From contig CBDCNV010000001.1 of assembly GCA_965219535.1 (NCBI GenBank), positions 1,980,001 through 2,012,000 of the forward strand: a stretch of DNA of 32,000 nucleotides, read 5' to 3'. The notes beneath the pieces are model-generated. The model was not told where the DNA came from and did no database searches. It saw only the letters and a list, made by a program, of their open reading frames with translations. The number at the start of each line of letters is the position of its first letter. The stretch's first letter is position 1. This document shows positions 1 to 9,443 of the stretch, piece after piece. This DNA comes from Opitutales bacterium. GTDB taxonomy: Bacteria; Verrucomicrobiota; Verrucomicrobiia; Opitutales; PNEW01. The position numbers were made by a program, and so were the translations under genes.

Positions 1-4
1 CCGT

Positions 5-871
5 TTACTGTACCAGAGCAAGTGTTAGTTCCGGCAGGGTGGTATGGGTTTTAACTTTCTTAGACATGGCTCTCTGGGCGTATTCGGCCGGAGGCCGATA
101 GCCCAGAGAACTGTGTGGTCTTTGAGTATTATAATCAAGCCGCCAGGCTTCAAGTTTTTCTTTCGCTTCAGCGAGCGTACAAAATAGCTCGGTGTTAAGA
201 AGTTCATCTCGTAAGCGTCCATTGAAGCTCTCAATATAACCATTCTCTACGGGTTTACCTGGCCGGATAAAATCCAGCTTGATGCCATGGCCATAAGCCC
301 ATTCATCCAGTACTTTGCCGGAAAACTCGGGCCCATTATCGACGGTAATGGTTTGGGGAAGACCGATTCCTGCAGCGGCTTTCATAAGTGCTGCAGCGAC
401 TTTGTGCCCACCGATGGACGTATCGACCAAAAGCAGTGGGCAAGCTCGGGTGTATTGATCGACAACGGTGAGTATGCGGAAGGGGCGGCCGTTGGTCAGC
501 CGATCGCTCATAAAGTCCATCGACCAGCGCTCCTGGGCTGCTGAAGCCGCGGGCAGTGAGACCCGTCTTTGCGCGGCACGCTTCTTTCGTTTCTTCGTGC
601 GCACTTCCAGCCCTTCGGCCTTGTAGATACGATAAACGCGTTTCTTTCCTACCGTCCAGCCTTCCCGCTTTAATAACACCGTGATTCGCCGATACCCGTA
701 GCGCACGCGCGCTGCGGCGAGGTCACGGATGCGCATGATCAGCGCACGTTCGTCCTTCTTCACCGGCTGGTAGTTATAACTCGACCAATACAACTTCATC
801 AGCCTGCACGCGCGGCGTTTGCTCACCTCATAAGCTTCCACTAACCAGTCAGCAATCACCTTCTTGCGCAC
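5..871 (-). CDS. IS3-family transposase OrfB (DDE / rve integrase core)
   Basis: Catalytic-triad contexts are present: [16 protein letters not shown] and [15 protein letters not shown]. These are typical IS3 OrfB motifs. It is probably expressed as an OrfAB fusion by -1 frameshifting, so the annotated start is not a true initiation codon. Confidence 0.9.
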   Translation of the reverse strand: MRKKVIADWLVEAYEVSKRRACRLMKLYWSSYNYQPVKKDERALIMRIRDLAAARVRYGYRRITVLLKREGWTVGKKRVYRIYKAEGLEVRTKKRKKRAAQRRVSLPAASAAQERWSMDFMSDRLTNGRPFRILTVVDQYTRACPLLLVDTSIGGHKVAAALMKAAAGIGLPQTITVDNGPEFSGKVLDEWAYGHGIKLDFIRPGKPVENGYIESFNGRLRDELLNTELFCTLAEAKEKLEAWRLDYNTQRPHSSLGYRPPAEYAQRAMSKKVKTHTTLPELTLALVQ

Positions 872-876
872 AGGCT

Positions 877-1149
877 TTATAATTTTTTTGCGATTACTTC
901 CTGCAGCATGTGCTTGTCCAGGCTCAGATCAGCTACCAGCTTCTTCAAACTGGCGTTCTCTTCATCGAGTTGCTTCAGCCGTCTTAATTCGCTCATTCCC
1001 ATGCCCGCGTATTTACCCTTCCATCGGTGGTAGGTCTGTTCGCTCACGCCTAACTCTCGGCACACTTCGGCGATCCTTCGACCGCCTTCTACCTGCCTTA
1101 GGGCATAGATGATTTGTTCTTTATTATATCGTTTTCCTTTATTTTTCAT
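877..1149 (-). CDS. IS3-family transposase OrfA (HTH plus leucine-zipper region)
   Basis: 90 aa. The motif [20 protein letters not shown] is HTH-like and is followed by a heptad Leu region ([18 protein letters not shown]). The ORF ends ...IAKKL* directly on the A7 run. Confidence 0.9.
   Translation of the reverse strand: MKNKGKRYNKEQIIYALRQVEGGRRIAEVCRELGVSEQTYHRWKGKYAGMGMSELRRLKQLDEENASLKKLVADLSLDKHMLQEVIAKKL
884..890 (-). promoter_or_regulatory. Programmed -1 ribosomal frameshift slippery site (A AAA AAA) joining orfA and orfB
   Basis: The plus strand has TTTTTTT at 884..890, which is A7 on the coding strand, within GCA AAA AAA TTA TAA at the end of orfA. orfB is open in the -1 frame across this point, the standard IS3 arrangement. 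Confidence 0.7.
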
Positions 1150-1210
1150 GGGTGGTTCTTTCTCCTATTTTTTATTAGGTTTTCCACCCATGCCAGACTA
1201 AATCTTTGCT

Positions 1211-1235
1211 GGTCCAGTTTTACGGGGACAGGTCA
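1211..1235 (-). repeat. Terminal inverted repeat (left end, IRL) of the IS element
   Basis: The reverse complement of 1211..1235 is TGACCTGTCCCCGTAAAACTGGACC, which starts with TG as in IS3-family ends. The partner IR is outside the window, so the pairing cannot be verified. Confidence 0.6.
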
Positions 1236-1313
1236 CTACACTTAACTTTAAAAGAATTCTCGAACCCAATAAAAGTAGAGGATATATAAAAAGTCGCACT
1301 TGAAAATCAGGAA

Positions 1314-2192
1314 ATGAGCCGAAATTACAACCTGGAAGATGTGGATACTCGCTATCCCAATGATGTCGCTGAAGAGATAGTCGCTCTATATCAGCACTGC
1401 TTTTCTGATACAGATGCTTCATTCATTCTCCCATTATTTGATGATGTGAAAGGCATGTTTGCCGGTGAGTACAGAAATTACCAGGCGATGGATACCATTT
1501 ATCACGATCTGGAACATACGCTTCAAGCGACGCTCTGTTGGGTACGCCTGATGACCAACCGACAACTGCTCAAGGTGGAGCCAGTCATCACACCCAAGGA
1601 GTTTCAGATTGGATTAATAGGCATTTTATTTCATGATGTCGGTTATTTAAAAATCAATGAAGACAAAGAAGGCACGGGTGCAAAATATACGTTTGTTCAC
1701 GAACGGCGCAGCTGCGAAATTGTCGATATATATTTATCAGATAAAGGATGGAATAAACGCGATATTTTTGCCGTTCAGCACCTCATAAGTTGCACGGGGC
1801 CACGAAGTAATATTAACACGATACCCTTTCATAATAAAGCTGAACGTCTAATGGGTGAAGCTGTTTGTACCGCAGATTACATTGGTCAGATGAGTGATTA
1901 CAACTACGTCCAAAAATTACCCGCTCTGTATCTCGAATTTGAAGAATCAGATGACTACCGCGAAATCCCAAAAGACAACCGTCTATTTAAAAGCAAAGAA
2001 GAGTTACTGACTGGTACGCCCTACTTTTGGGAACAAATCGTAATTCAAAAATTAGAAAAAGACTGTGGTGGCTTATTATACTATCTTTCGGATCCTTATC
2101 CCGATGGCAGGAACCCCTATATTCAAAAAATAGAAGAAAACGTCTCTAAGGTCCGCGAAATCTGTTCCTCAAACGGGAGCAATAAAGCCTGA
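1314..2192 (+). CDS. HD-domain (metal-dependent phosphohydrolase-like) protein
   Basis: An H...HD...D pattern is present: YHDLEHT, then ILFHDVGY, then a downstream TADYIGQ. There are no other recognisable domains. It lies 78 bp from the IS end. Confidence 0.5.
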   Translation: MSRNYNLEDVDTRYPNDVAEEIVALYQHCFSDTDASFILPLFDDVKGMFAGEYRNYQAMDTIYHDLEHTLQATLCWVRLMTNRQLLKVEPVITPKEFQIGLIGILFHDVGYLKINEDKEGTGAKYTFVHERRSCEIVDIYLSDKGWNKRDIFAVQHLISCTGPRSNINTIPFHNKAERLMGEAVCTADYIGQMSDYNYVQKLPALYLEFEESDDYREIPKDNRLFKSKEELLTGTPYFWEQIVIQKLEKDCGGLLYYLSDPYPDGRNPYIQKIEENVSKVREICSSNGSNKA

Positions 2193-2243
2193 TCATAGGA
2201 TTTAGATAGACACTGTGATCGATGATCCTATCATGTGGGCTGC

Positions 2244-3785
2244 ATGTTAGCGGTTGTTTCATCTGGAACTTTACATGGCATTGAAGCCTTACCTGTCCAG
2301 GTTGAAGTTAATTCAGGGGAGAGAGGAGAGCCTAAAATTATTCTCGTGGGATTACCTGATGCCGCGGTAAAGGAATCCAACGACCGTGTTGTCTCGGCTC
2401 TAAGCAACAGCGGTTTTAGCAGGCCTCATACGCGCACGACAATAAATCTAGCTCCAGGAAATATCCGAAAAGAAGGCTCCACTTATGATCTTCCCATTGC
2501 CCTGGGCATACTGGCCTCAACCGGTCAAATACAAGCACCTGATTTAGAAGACTATTTAATTGGCGGTGAACTTAGTTTATCCGGAGAAACGCGACCGATA
2601 AAAGGCGCACTGGCAATGACTATTCTCGCTCGAGAACAAGGTAAGGCCGGCCTCCTGCTACCGCCACAATCAGCACACGAAGCGGCTCTCGTTGAGGGGG
2701 TGGCTGTTTATAGTGTAGGCTCACTTGGTGAGGCCTGTGAATTCCTTACGGGAAGAAAACAACTAGCTCAATGCGAACACTCCAAAGATATAGGAAGTAA
2801 TCACAATCTTGAGAGCGAGTACGAAGTCGATTTCTCTGAAATAAAGGGCCAGCAATCACTTATAAGAGCAGTGGAGGTAGCTGTCGCGGGCGGACATAAT
2901 ATTCTTATGATCGGTCCTCCAGGTTCTGGAAAATCCATGGTCGCGAAGCGAATTCCCACGATTATGCCGGAGCCTACCCTGGAAGAATTTCTTGAAATCC
3001 TCAGCGTTTATTCTGCAGCGGGTAAGACCTTAAGCAAAGATTTGAATGCATGCCAACGGCCATTTCGCAGCCCACACCATACGATCAGCGACGTCGGATT
3101 ACTGGGAGGAGGTACCATTCCCGGCCCGGGAGATCTCTCTCTCGCTCATAACGGGGTTCTATTTCTCGATGAATTGCCGGAGTTTAAAAGATCTGCTCTT
3201 GAAGTTCTGAGGCAACCCCTGGAAGACGGGGAAGTTACTATATCACGGAGTGCCGGGAGGATCACCCTTCCCTGCTCTACGATGCTTGTGGCCGCCATGA
3301 ATCCCTGCCCCTGTGGCTATCTGAGCGATCAAAAGCGGGAGTGTCGCTGCACCGTAACCCAGATCCAACGTTACCGTGCGCGGATCAGTGGCCCGCTTCT
3401 GGATCGCATAGATATTCATAGCGAAGTCCCCTCTCTTACGATAGAAGAAATGCGCAACCAAAAACCAGCCCAGCCATCTGTGGATATTCGTGAACGTGTT
3501 CGAAGATCACGGGATATCCAAATCAAACGTTTTGCGGGGACAAAAACACACTGCAATGCGCGCATGTCCCACGCTCATATTCAAAAGTATTGTCCTATCG
3601 ATGATTCCCTCGGAATTCTTCTTCAACAGGCTATGGATCAATTACACTTGTCGGCGCGCGCTTACGATCGCATCCTAAAAGTTTCACGGACTATCGCAGA
3701 CCTCGCCGAATCAAAAAATATCGAATCCCCCCACCTCCTTGAAGCCATACATTATCGCAGCCTCGATCGAAGCCTTTTTTATTGA
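2244..3785 (+). CDS. comM: YifB/ComM-family Mg-chelatase-like AAA+ ATPase
   Basis: N-terminal Lon-protease-like domain ([22 protein letters not shown]), Walker A (GPPGSGKS), Walker B ([10 protein letters not shown]), a Cys cluster (NPCPCGY...CRC) and a C-terminal ChlI-like region. The start is moved to the ATG at 2244 (MLAV...), typical for the family. The ORF track began at a GTG at 2235. Confidence 0.9.
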   Translation: MLAVVSSGTLHGIEALPVQVEVNSGERGEPKIILVGLPDAAVKESNDRVVSALSNSGFSRPHTRTTINLAPGNIRKEGSTYDLPIALGILASTGQIQAPDLEDYLIGGELSLSGETRPIKGALAMTILAREQGKAGLLLPPQSAHEAALVEGVAVYSVGSLGEACEFLTGRKQLAQCEHSKDIGSNHNLESEYEVDFSEIKGQQSLIRAVEVAVAGGHNILMIGPPGSGKSMVAKRIPTIMPEPTLEEFLEILSVYSAAGKTLSKDLNACQRPFRSPHHTISDVGLLGGGTIPGPGDLSLAHNGVLFLDELPEFKRSALEVLRQPLEDGEVTISRSAGRITLPCSTMLVAAMNPCPCGYLSDQKRECRCTVTQIQRYRARISGPLLDRIDIHSEVPSLTIEEMRNQKPAQPSVDIRERVRRSRDIQIKRFAGTKTHCNARMSHAHIQKYCPIDDSLGILLQQAMDQLHLSARAYDRILKVSRTIADLAESKNIESPHLLEAIHYRSLDRSLFY

Positions 3786-3864
3786 TTCTACCTTACTCTA
3801 TTTAAAATTTTATTTCTGAGAATATACTTATAGCAGTCTGCTAGTTTCATTATAAAAAATCCTC

Positions 3865-5667
3865 ATGCGACTATTTAGTATTAACATTAAATTATTCAAT
3901 TTCCAGTATGCTAGAGTAATTTTGATTTTAATATTTTTGTTACAGATAAATGGCTGTTCCAAACCCAATATCCGTGAATTCAAGCAAATGCCTGTTTCGG
4001 AGGATGCCCATGTTATTAGTCAAACCCCTGGGGAAACTGGTGGTATATTCATACAATCAGAAGCAGGTGAGTTAGCTACATTAAATCCATTAGTAGCATC
4101 AGATGCTTCATCCGGCGCTGCTATTGGTTTATTATTAGGGGCACTTACTAGCTATGATTGGGTAAAAGGTGAAGTCATCCCTGGCTTAGCCAAATCATGG
4201 GATATAGGTAAAGACCAGAAAACATTTACCTTTCATCTTAGGAGAGGAGTTTTTTGGAGCGACGGGGCACCCTTTTCTGCTGACGATATTATCTTCTCAT
4301 ACGAATGTTATTATGACGACAGGTTTCCAAATCGAACCAAATTTTTCCTCACTATAGATGGAGAATCTTGTAAGATTGAAAAACTTGACGATTACACAGT
4401 AAGCATCACTTCGCCCGTAGTTTATGCTCCATTTCTGTCATTCGTCGCCGGTGTATCAATTTTGCCCAAACACAAACTCCAAAATGCATTTGACGAAGGA
4501 ACGCTTCTAAAAGAATGGAGTATTAGTACCGCTAAAAATAATCCAGAGGATATAATTTCTTTGGGGCCATGTGTTTTGCACTCCTATCGTCCGGGAGAAC
4601 GAATTGTTTATGCAAGAAATCCGAATTATTATGCCATTGATAAAAATACCACACGATTACCTTATATAGATTATATCATTGCTAAAATGGTCAGCGATAC
4701 GAATGCCATGACTGTCGTGTTCGCACAAGGCCAGACAGATAGTGAAACAATAAGACCGGGTGATGTTGCCTGGGTTAAGCGATCTTCACAAACCCATGAT
4801 TTCAGAATAATAGATAGAGGCCCTTCCTCTTCTAGAACCTTTATATGGTTTAATTTGAACCCCGGAAAAAATGCTGATGGCAAACCCTATGTTGATCCCA
4901 ATAAATCAAAGTGGTTTAACAATCTAAGATTTCGACAAGCTGTAAGCTATGGCATTGATCGGGATGGCATTGTTGAGGGGGTTCTTTTTGGACGTGGGGC
5001 CCCTCAACATTCATCAGTTTCTATAGCCAATAAAAAGTGGCATAACCCCAACATTAAAAAATATCCCTACAACCCTGAATATGCACGAGAACTCCTGATA
5101 AGCGAAGGTTACTTTTACAATGATAAAAATGAACTTTTTGACGCCGATGGCAACCGTATCAGTTTCAAATTACAAACCAATAAAGAAAATGATATTCGAA
5201 CTGAAATGGCCACTGTTTTCAAAGAAAACATGTATGCTTTAGGAATAGAAGTGATTCTGCAGTTTGTTGATTTTAATACTCTTGTTATGAAGATATCTGA
5301 CTCCTTCGAATACGATGCAAGTCTCCTTGGTTTAACCAGTGGCTCGGGTGAACCCGCAAGTGGCATGGATGTTTATTCAAGCGGAGGTCGTATGCATATG
5401 TGGCATCCTCAGCAGAAAGAACCTGCGACCAAATGGGAAGCACGAATAGATGAACTCATGAAATCACAGCTAACTACTTTAAATGTTGATGACAGGAAAA
5501 GATATTATTTTGAAGTTCAAGAAATCATGGCTGAACAACAACCTTTCATTCATTTAGTTACGCCAAATTTATATTCAGGTATAAAAAATAAATGGCAAAA
5601 TGTGAATGTTCCTACATTAGGTGGCTTGCTATGGAACATTGATGAAATCTGGTCAATAGAGAAATGA
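3865..5667 (+). CDS. ABC transporter substrate-binding protein, family 5 (peptide/nickel; OppA/DppA/NikA-like), probable lipoprotein
   Basis: 600 aa with an N-terminal hydrophobic leader ending LQINGC (lipobox-like). The length and motifs (e.g. NPNYY, FNLNPG) are typical of SBP_bac_5. It is the first gene of a five-gene transporter operon. Confidence 0.8.
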   Translation: MRLFSINIKLFNFQYARVILILIFLLQINGCSKPNIREFKQMPVSEDAHVISQTPGETGGIFIQSEAGELATLNPLVASDASSGAAIGLLLGALTSYDWVKGEVIPGLAKSWDIGKDQKTFTFHLRRGVFWSDGAPFSADDIIFSYECYYDDRFPNRTKFFLTIDGESCKIEKLDDYTVSITSPVVYAPFLSFVAGVSILPKHKLQNAFDEGTLLKEWSISTAKNNPEDIISLGPCVLHSYRPGERIVYARNPNYYAIDKNTTRLPYIDYIIAKMVSDTNAMTVVFAQGQTDSETIRPGDVAWVKRSSQTHDFRIIDRGPSSSRTFIWFNLNPGKNADGKPYVDPNKSKWFNNLRFRQAVSYGIDRDGIVEGVLFGRGAPQHSSVSIANKKWHNPNIKKYPYNPEYARELLISEGYFYNDKNELFDADGNRISFKLQTNKENDIRTEMATVFKENMYALGIEVILQFVDFNTLVMKISDSFEYDASLLGLTSGSGEPASGMDVYSSGGRMHMWHPQQKEPATKWEARIDELMKSQLTTLNVDDRKRYYFEVQEIMAEQQPFIHLVTPNLYSGIKNKWQNVNVPTLGGLLWNIDEIWSIEK

Positions 5668-6638
5668 TATCATTTATTATTAGAAGACTCTTTAGCCTTA
5701 TCCCTCTTCTCATTGGGATAACACTCCTCGTCTTCCTTCTCATGAGCCTTGCGCCAGGAGATTTTCTAACTCCAATAAAACAGCAGCGGGACATATCAGA
5801 AGAATACATTATAGAACTGGAAAAACAATTTGGCCTCGATAAACCCTTTTATCAGCAGTATTTTTTCTGGTTGAAAAGCGTTCTCACACTCGATTTTGGT
5901 TATTCCTGGACCTATAAAGTTCCCGTTACCGAGCTGCTCGGAAATCGTATCCTCGCCACTTTTTTGCTTTCTTTTTCTTCAATAACTTTCGCCTGGATAA
6001 TTGCTATTCCCCTAGGTGTATTAGCGGCAATCTATCAAAATTCCATCTTTGATCGCTTGAGCGCAAGTCTTGCCTATGCTGCGCTCTCAATACCAGAATT
6101 TTTTCTCGCTATCGTTGCCATCTATGTCGCCGCCCGAACAGGTTGGTTTCCTATAGGTGGTTTTACCTCGATCGACTATGAATTCATGACTGCGCCGCGC
6201 CAATTCCTTGATATCATCAGTCATTTAATACTACCAACTATCGTTATAGGAATTGGTAGTATTGCTAGTATCATGCGCATCATGCGCGCTAATTTTCTCG
6301 ATGTTATACGTGCGGAATACGTAATGACAGCTCGAGCAAAAGGGGTCAAAGAAGGCTATATAATGTTTAAGCATGTACTCCGCAATGCCATCAATCCCCT
6401 TATCAGTGCATTCGGTTTCGCATTGTCGGCATTGTTGAGTGGCTCCCTTCTCGTCGAAATTGTTATGAATTATCCTGGACTTGGACAACTCATCTACCAA
6501 TCCCTGCTTCGAGAAGACCAATTTGTCGTACTTGCGGCTATCATGATGAGTTGCACTCTCCTTGTCTTGGGAAACCTTATGGCAGATATTATTCTCGCCT
6601 GGTCTGACCCGCGGATTCGTCTCGAGCAAAAGAATTAA
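5664..6638 (+). CDS. ABC transporter permease (DppB/OppB-like)
   Basis: Multi-TM protein with the family N-terminus MISFIIRRL..LIPLL.GIT.LVF. Its ATG overlaps the upstream stop (ATGA), which suggests translational coupling. Confidence 0.85.
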   Translation: MISFIIRRLFSLIPLLIGITLLVFLLMSLAPGDFLTPIKQQRDISEEYIIELEKQFGLDKPFYQQYFFWLKSVLTLDFGYSWTYKVPVTELLGNRILATFLLSFSSITFAWIIAIPLGVLAAIYQNSIFDRLSASLAYAALSIPEFFLAIVAIYVAARTGWFPIGGFTSIDYEFMTAPRQFLDIISHLILPTIVIGIGSIASIMRIMRANFLDVIRAEYVMTARAKGVKEGYIMFKHVLRNAINPLISAFGFALSALLSGSLLVEIVMNYPGLGQLIYQSLLREDQFVVLAAIMMSCTLLVLGNLMADIILAWSDPRIRLEQKN

Positions 6639-6639
6639 A

Positions 6640-7683
6640 ATGAAACGTAATCTTTTAAGAGAATTACTCAGCCGTCCACTGGGATTAACATGCTTTATTA
6701 TACTGAGTGTTTTCTATTTATCCGCGATTTTCGCTCCCTTTATAGCCCCATACACTACCGCTGAACAAAATCTAAAAAAAACATATCACCCGCCCACAGG
6801 AATTATTTGGAAAGAAGGGGGATGGCATGTCAAAGTTTATGAGAATGTTGATCCAACAGCTGCAAAATATGAATCTGCTCAGGGTAATTCCGCACCCATT
6901 CGTTTTTTCGCCAAAGGTTATCCCTATAAATTCTTAGGCCTTATCCCTTCTGAACGTCATTTATTCCAAGTAGATGAAGGCAATAAGATATATCTTCTTG
7001 GGAGTGATTCTACAGGCCGTGACACCTTTTCAAGACTCCTTTATGGTTCACGCATCTCACTTAGCATTGGTCTCATTGGAATTTCCATTACTATGATCAT
7101 GGGATTTATTGTCGGAGGGCTATCAGGCTATTATGGTGGCAAACTTGATTTTTGCGCCATGCGCATCGTGGAATTTCTTATGGCTATACCCGGGCTCTAC
7201 CTGTTACTTGCATTGCGTTCTGCATTGGCTCCTTATTTCGACTCAGCTCAAATGTATTTTGTAATAGTAATCATTCTTGCCATCATCGGGTGGGCAGGAA
7301 CCGCACGTATCATACGTGGGATGTCACTTTCCATACGCAGTCGACAGTTTGTCCTCGCTTCTGAATCCATGGGGCAATCTAGTTTTAAAATACTTTTTAA
7401 GCACATACTCCCAAATCTCACGAGCTATCTCCTCGTTGCGGCAACACTGAGTATCCCCGGATATATATTGGGTGAAGCTGCCTTGAGCTTTCTTGGACTC
7501 GGTATACAGGAACCATCAGCATCCTGGGGCCTCATGCTTTCACAGGCTCAAAACATGAAAGTGTTCATGTTAAATTTTTGGTGGTTGTTGACACCCGGTC
7601 TGGCCATATTTATCACAGTAATCGCTTTCAATGTACTGGGAGATACATTACGTGATATTGTCGACCCAAAGATGAAAGTGTGA
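6640..7683 (+). CDS. ABC transporter permease (DppC/OppC-like)
   Basis: Multi-TM protein with an EAA-loop-like region (EAALSFLGLGIQEP) and GTD..GRD (LGSDSTGRDTFSRLLYG). The start is set at the ATG at 6640 (MKRNLL...), 1 nt after the upstream stop. The longer ORF from 6562 overlaps the preceding gene and is unlikely. Confidence 0.85.
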   Translation: MKRNLLRELLSRPLGLTCFIILSVFYLSAIFAPFIAPYTTAEQNLKKTYHPPTGIIWKEGGWHVKVYENVDPTAAKYESAQGNSAPIRFFAKGYPYKFLGLIPSERHLFQVDEGNKIYLLGSDSTGRDTFSRLLYGSRISLSIGLIGISITMIMGFIVGGLSGYYGGKLDFCAMRIVEFLMAIPGLYLLLALRSALAPYFDSAQMYFVIVIILAIIGWAGTARIIRGMSLSIRSRQFVLASESMGQSSFKILFKHILPNLTSYLLVAATLSIPGYILGEAALSFLGLGIQEPSASWGLMLSQAQNMKVFMLNFWWLLTPGLAIFITVIAFNVLGDTLRDIVDPKMKV

Positions 7684-7715
7684 ATGTTTTGAGTTGATAT
7701 AAATTTAAATTAGTA

Positions 7716-8564
7716 ATGGAAGAAACTGAGCAAATACTACTTGAAGCGAAAGATCTCGAAATAACGTTTCACGGGCGTGATGAAAAGACGGAGGCAGTTC
7801 GCAGCATTTCATTTTCCTTAAAGGACGGCAAAGTCCTCGCGATAGTTGGTGAAAGTGGCAGCGGCAAAAGTGTAACTGCTCTATCCCTCACCCGACTTTT
7901 ACCTGAACCACCCACCTGCACAGTTAGCGGTGAGGTGGAATTGATGGGGAAAAATCTGCTCACAATTTCAAAAAAGGAAATACGACAAGTACGTGGAAAG
8001 GAAATTGCGTATATTTTTCAGGAACCCTCAACGTCGCTTAATCCGGTATTTTCCATTGGTTATCAAATTGCAGAAGCAATTAAACTTCATCTTCCCGAAG
8101 TAAAAAATATCCAAGAGCGCGTCGTCGATTCATTGCGAAGGGTCGGAATTCGCGATCCGGAAAAGCGATACAAAGATTATCCTCATCAATTAAGCGGGGG
8201 GATGCAGCAACGTGTTATGATAGCTATGGCCCTTGCTTGTGAACCACGCATTCTTGTCGCTGACGAACCCACAACTGCTCTCGATGTCACGATTCAAAAG
8301 CAGATCATGGACCTTTTAAAGGAACTTAAGGAGAGTCTCGGAATGTCTATTATTCTTATTACCCATAATTTCGGAATTATCGCTGATTTTGCCGATGATG
8401 TGATTGTCATGTTTCGCGGGAAGATTGTTGAATCAGGATCAGTTGATTCGGTATTGAATAACCCCCAACACCCCTATACCAAGGCCCTTCTCGCCTGCAT
8501 CCCACAAATTGGAAAAGAACAAGACCGCCTTACGACCATCGATTATGCTCAGTTAGATGCATAA
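7716..8564 (+). CDS. ABC transporter ATP-binding protein (DppD/OppD-like)
   Basis: Walker A (GESGSGKS), signature (LSGGMQQR), Walker B (ILVADEPTTALD), the H-loop (ITHN) and an oligopeptide-type C-terminal extension (HPYTKALL). Confidence 0.9.
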   Translation: MEETEQILLEAKDLEITFHGRDEKTEAVRSISFSLKDGKVLAIVGESGSGKSVTALSLTRLLPEPPTCTVSGEVELMGKNLLTISKKEIRQVRGKEIAYIFQEPSTSLNPVFSIGYQIAEAIKLHLPEVKNIQERVVDSLRRVGIRDPEKRYKDYPHQLSGGMQQRVMIAMALACEPRILVADEPTTALDVTIQKQIMDLLKELKESLGMSIILITHNFGIIADFADDVIVMFRGKIVESGSVDSVLNNPQHPYTKALLACIPQIGKEQDRLTTIDYAQLDA

Positions 8565-8589
8565 ATTCTTTGTTAAATACTAACTTTAT

Positions 8590-9411
8590 ATGACTGAAAT
8601 AGATAACGGAAATACGCTGCTTGAAGTCAGGAATCTAAAAGTACATTTCCCTGTTATGAGTGGAATACTCCGTCGAACAAACAACTCTATTCGCGCTGTT
8701 GATGGTGTTTCATTTAAGATTGATCGAGGCAGCACTGTAGGGCTGGTAGGAGAAAGTGGCAGCGGCAAAACAACGATTGGCCGAGCCCTGGTGAAATTGG
8801 CACCCATCACTGAAGGCTCAATATTATATGAAGGTGAGGAAACTACAAAGCTGAGTGCTAAATCCTTTTTTCCTTACAGAAAAAAGATCCAGATGATATT
8901 TCAGGACCCCTACAATTCATTAAATCCCCGTCTTACGGTTTATCAAATTATTTCAGAACCGATGGAAATTCACTTCACCGATTGGGATAAAACGCGTAAA
9001 CGAAAACGCGTCGAGGAGTTGCTGGACAAGGTCGGGCTTGAACCTAAGCATATCGACCGTTATCCACACGAATTCAGCGGTGGGCAAAGACAGCGCATAG
9101 GTATCGCGCGTGCCCTTGCCGTTGAACCCGATTTTATTATCTGTGATGAGCCAGTGAGCGCACTCGATGTCTCAGTACAGGCTCAAATCATCAATCTACT
9201 TCAAGATTTGCAAGATGAGTTGGCGCTTACTTACCTTTTTATCGCCCATGATCTGGCCGTTGTTGAACATATAAGCGACGATGTGCTCGTTATGACCGAG
9301 GGTAAAATTGTCGAACACGCCGACGCCAAAGCGATCTACGAAAATCCTCAAGATGAGTACACGAAAAAGCTGCTTTCTGCAGTGCCGAAACTCTCAACGC
9401 GTTCCGGGTAA
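8590..9411 (+). CDS. ABC transporter ATP-binding protein (DppF/OppF-like)
   Basis: Walker A (GESGSGKTT), signature (FSGGQRQR), Walker B ([12 protein letters not shown]) and the H-loop (IAHD). Confidence 0.9.
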   Translation: MTEIDNGNTLLEVRNLKVHFPVMSGILRRTNNSIRAVDGVSFKIDRGSTVGLVGESGSGKTTIGRALVKLAPITEGSILYEGEETTKLSAKSFFPYRKKIQMIFQDPYNSLNPRLTVYQIISEPMEIHFTDWDKTRKRKRVEELLDKVGLEPKHIDRYPHEFSGGQRQRIGIARALAVEPDFIICDEPVSALDVSVQAQIINLLQDLQDELALTYLFIAHDLAVVEHISDDVLVMTEGKIVEHADAKAIYENPQDEYTKKLLSAVPKLSTRSG

Positions 9412-9443
9412 TTATTAAAATAACCTCACCTTAACTCAAGGGA

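Larger units (their letters stand above)
1..1235 (-). mobile_element. IS3-family insertion sequence (IS407-like group), truncated by the window edge
   Basis: Two consecutive minus-strand ORFs (orfA HTH 877..1149, orfB DDE 5..871) with an A7 slippery run at their junction. The minus-strand end reads 5'-TGACCTGTCCCCGTAAAACTGGACC and terminates at 1235, resembling the TGACCTGCCCC-type termini I recall for IS407-group elements. The region is visibly GC-richer than flanking DNA. The other end lies beyond position 1. Confidence 0.85.

Noticed and set aside
2194-2233. Inverted repeat ATAGGAT...ATCCTAT between the HD gene and comM, as a possible terminator
   Set aside because: The stem is 7 bp with a 23-nt loop and no downstream T-tract. 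It overlaps the comM start region. It is more likely incidental or a weak regulatory hairpin and is not supportable as a terminator.
6562-6639. Longer N-terminal extensions in the ORF track: 6562 for the second permease, 14446 for gmhA, 27932 for the Fe-S carrier, 31020 for sodN, 28966 for rpoN and 2235 for comM
   Set aside because: These extensions overlap neighbouring genes or add non-conserved residues before the family-typical N-termini. Internal ATG starts give canonical protein lengths, and for sodN the internal start has an AGGAG ribosome-binding site.
3865-9411. The ABC importer as a NikABCDE-type nickel supplier for the Ni-SOD encoded 21 kb away
   Set aside because: The family transports peptides, nickel, opines and other substrates, and nothing in the sequence lets me assign nickel specificity. 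There is no nikR and no linkage to sodN. The idea is kept only as an untested possibility.
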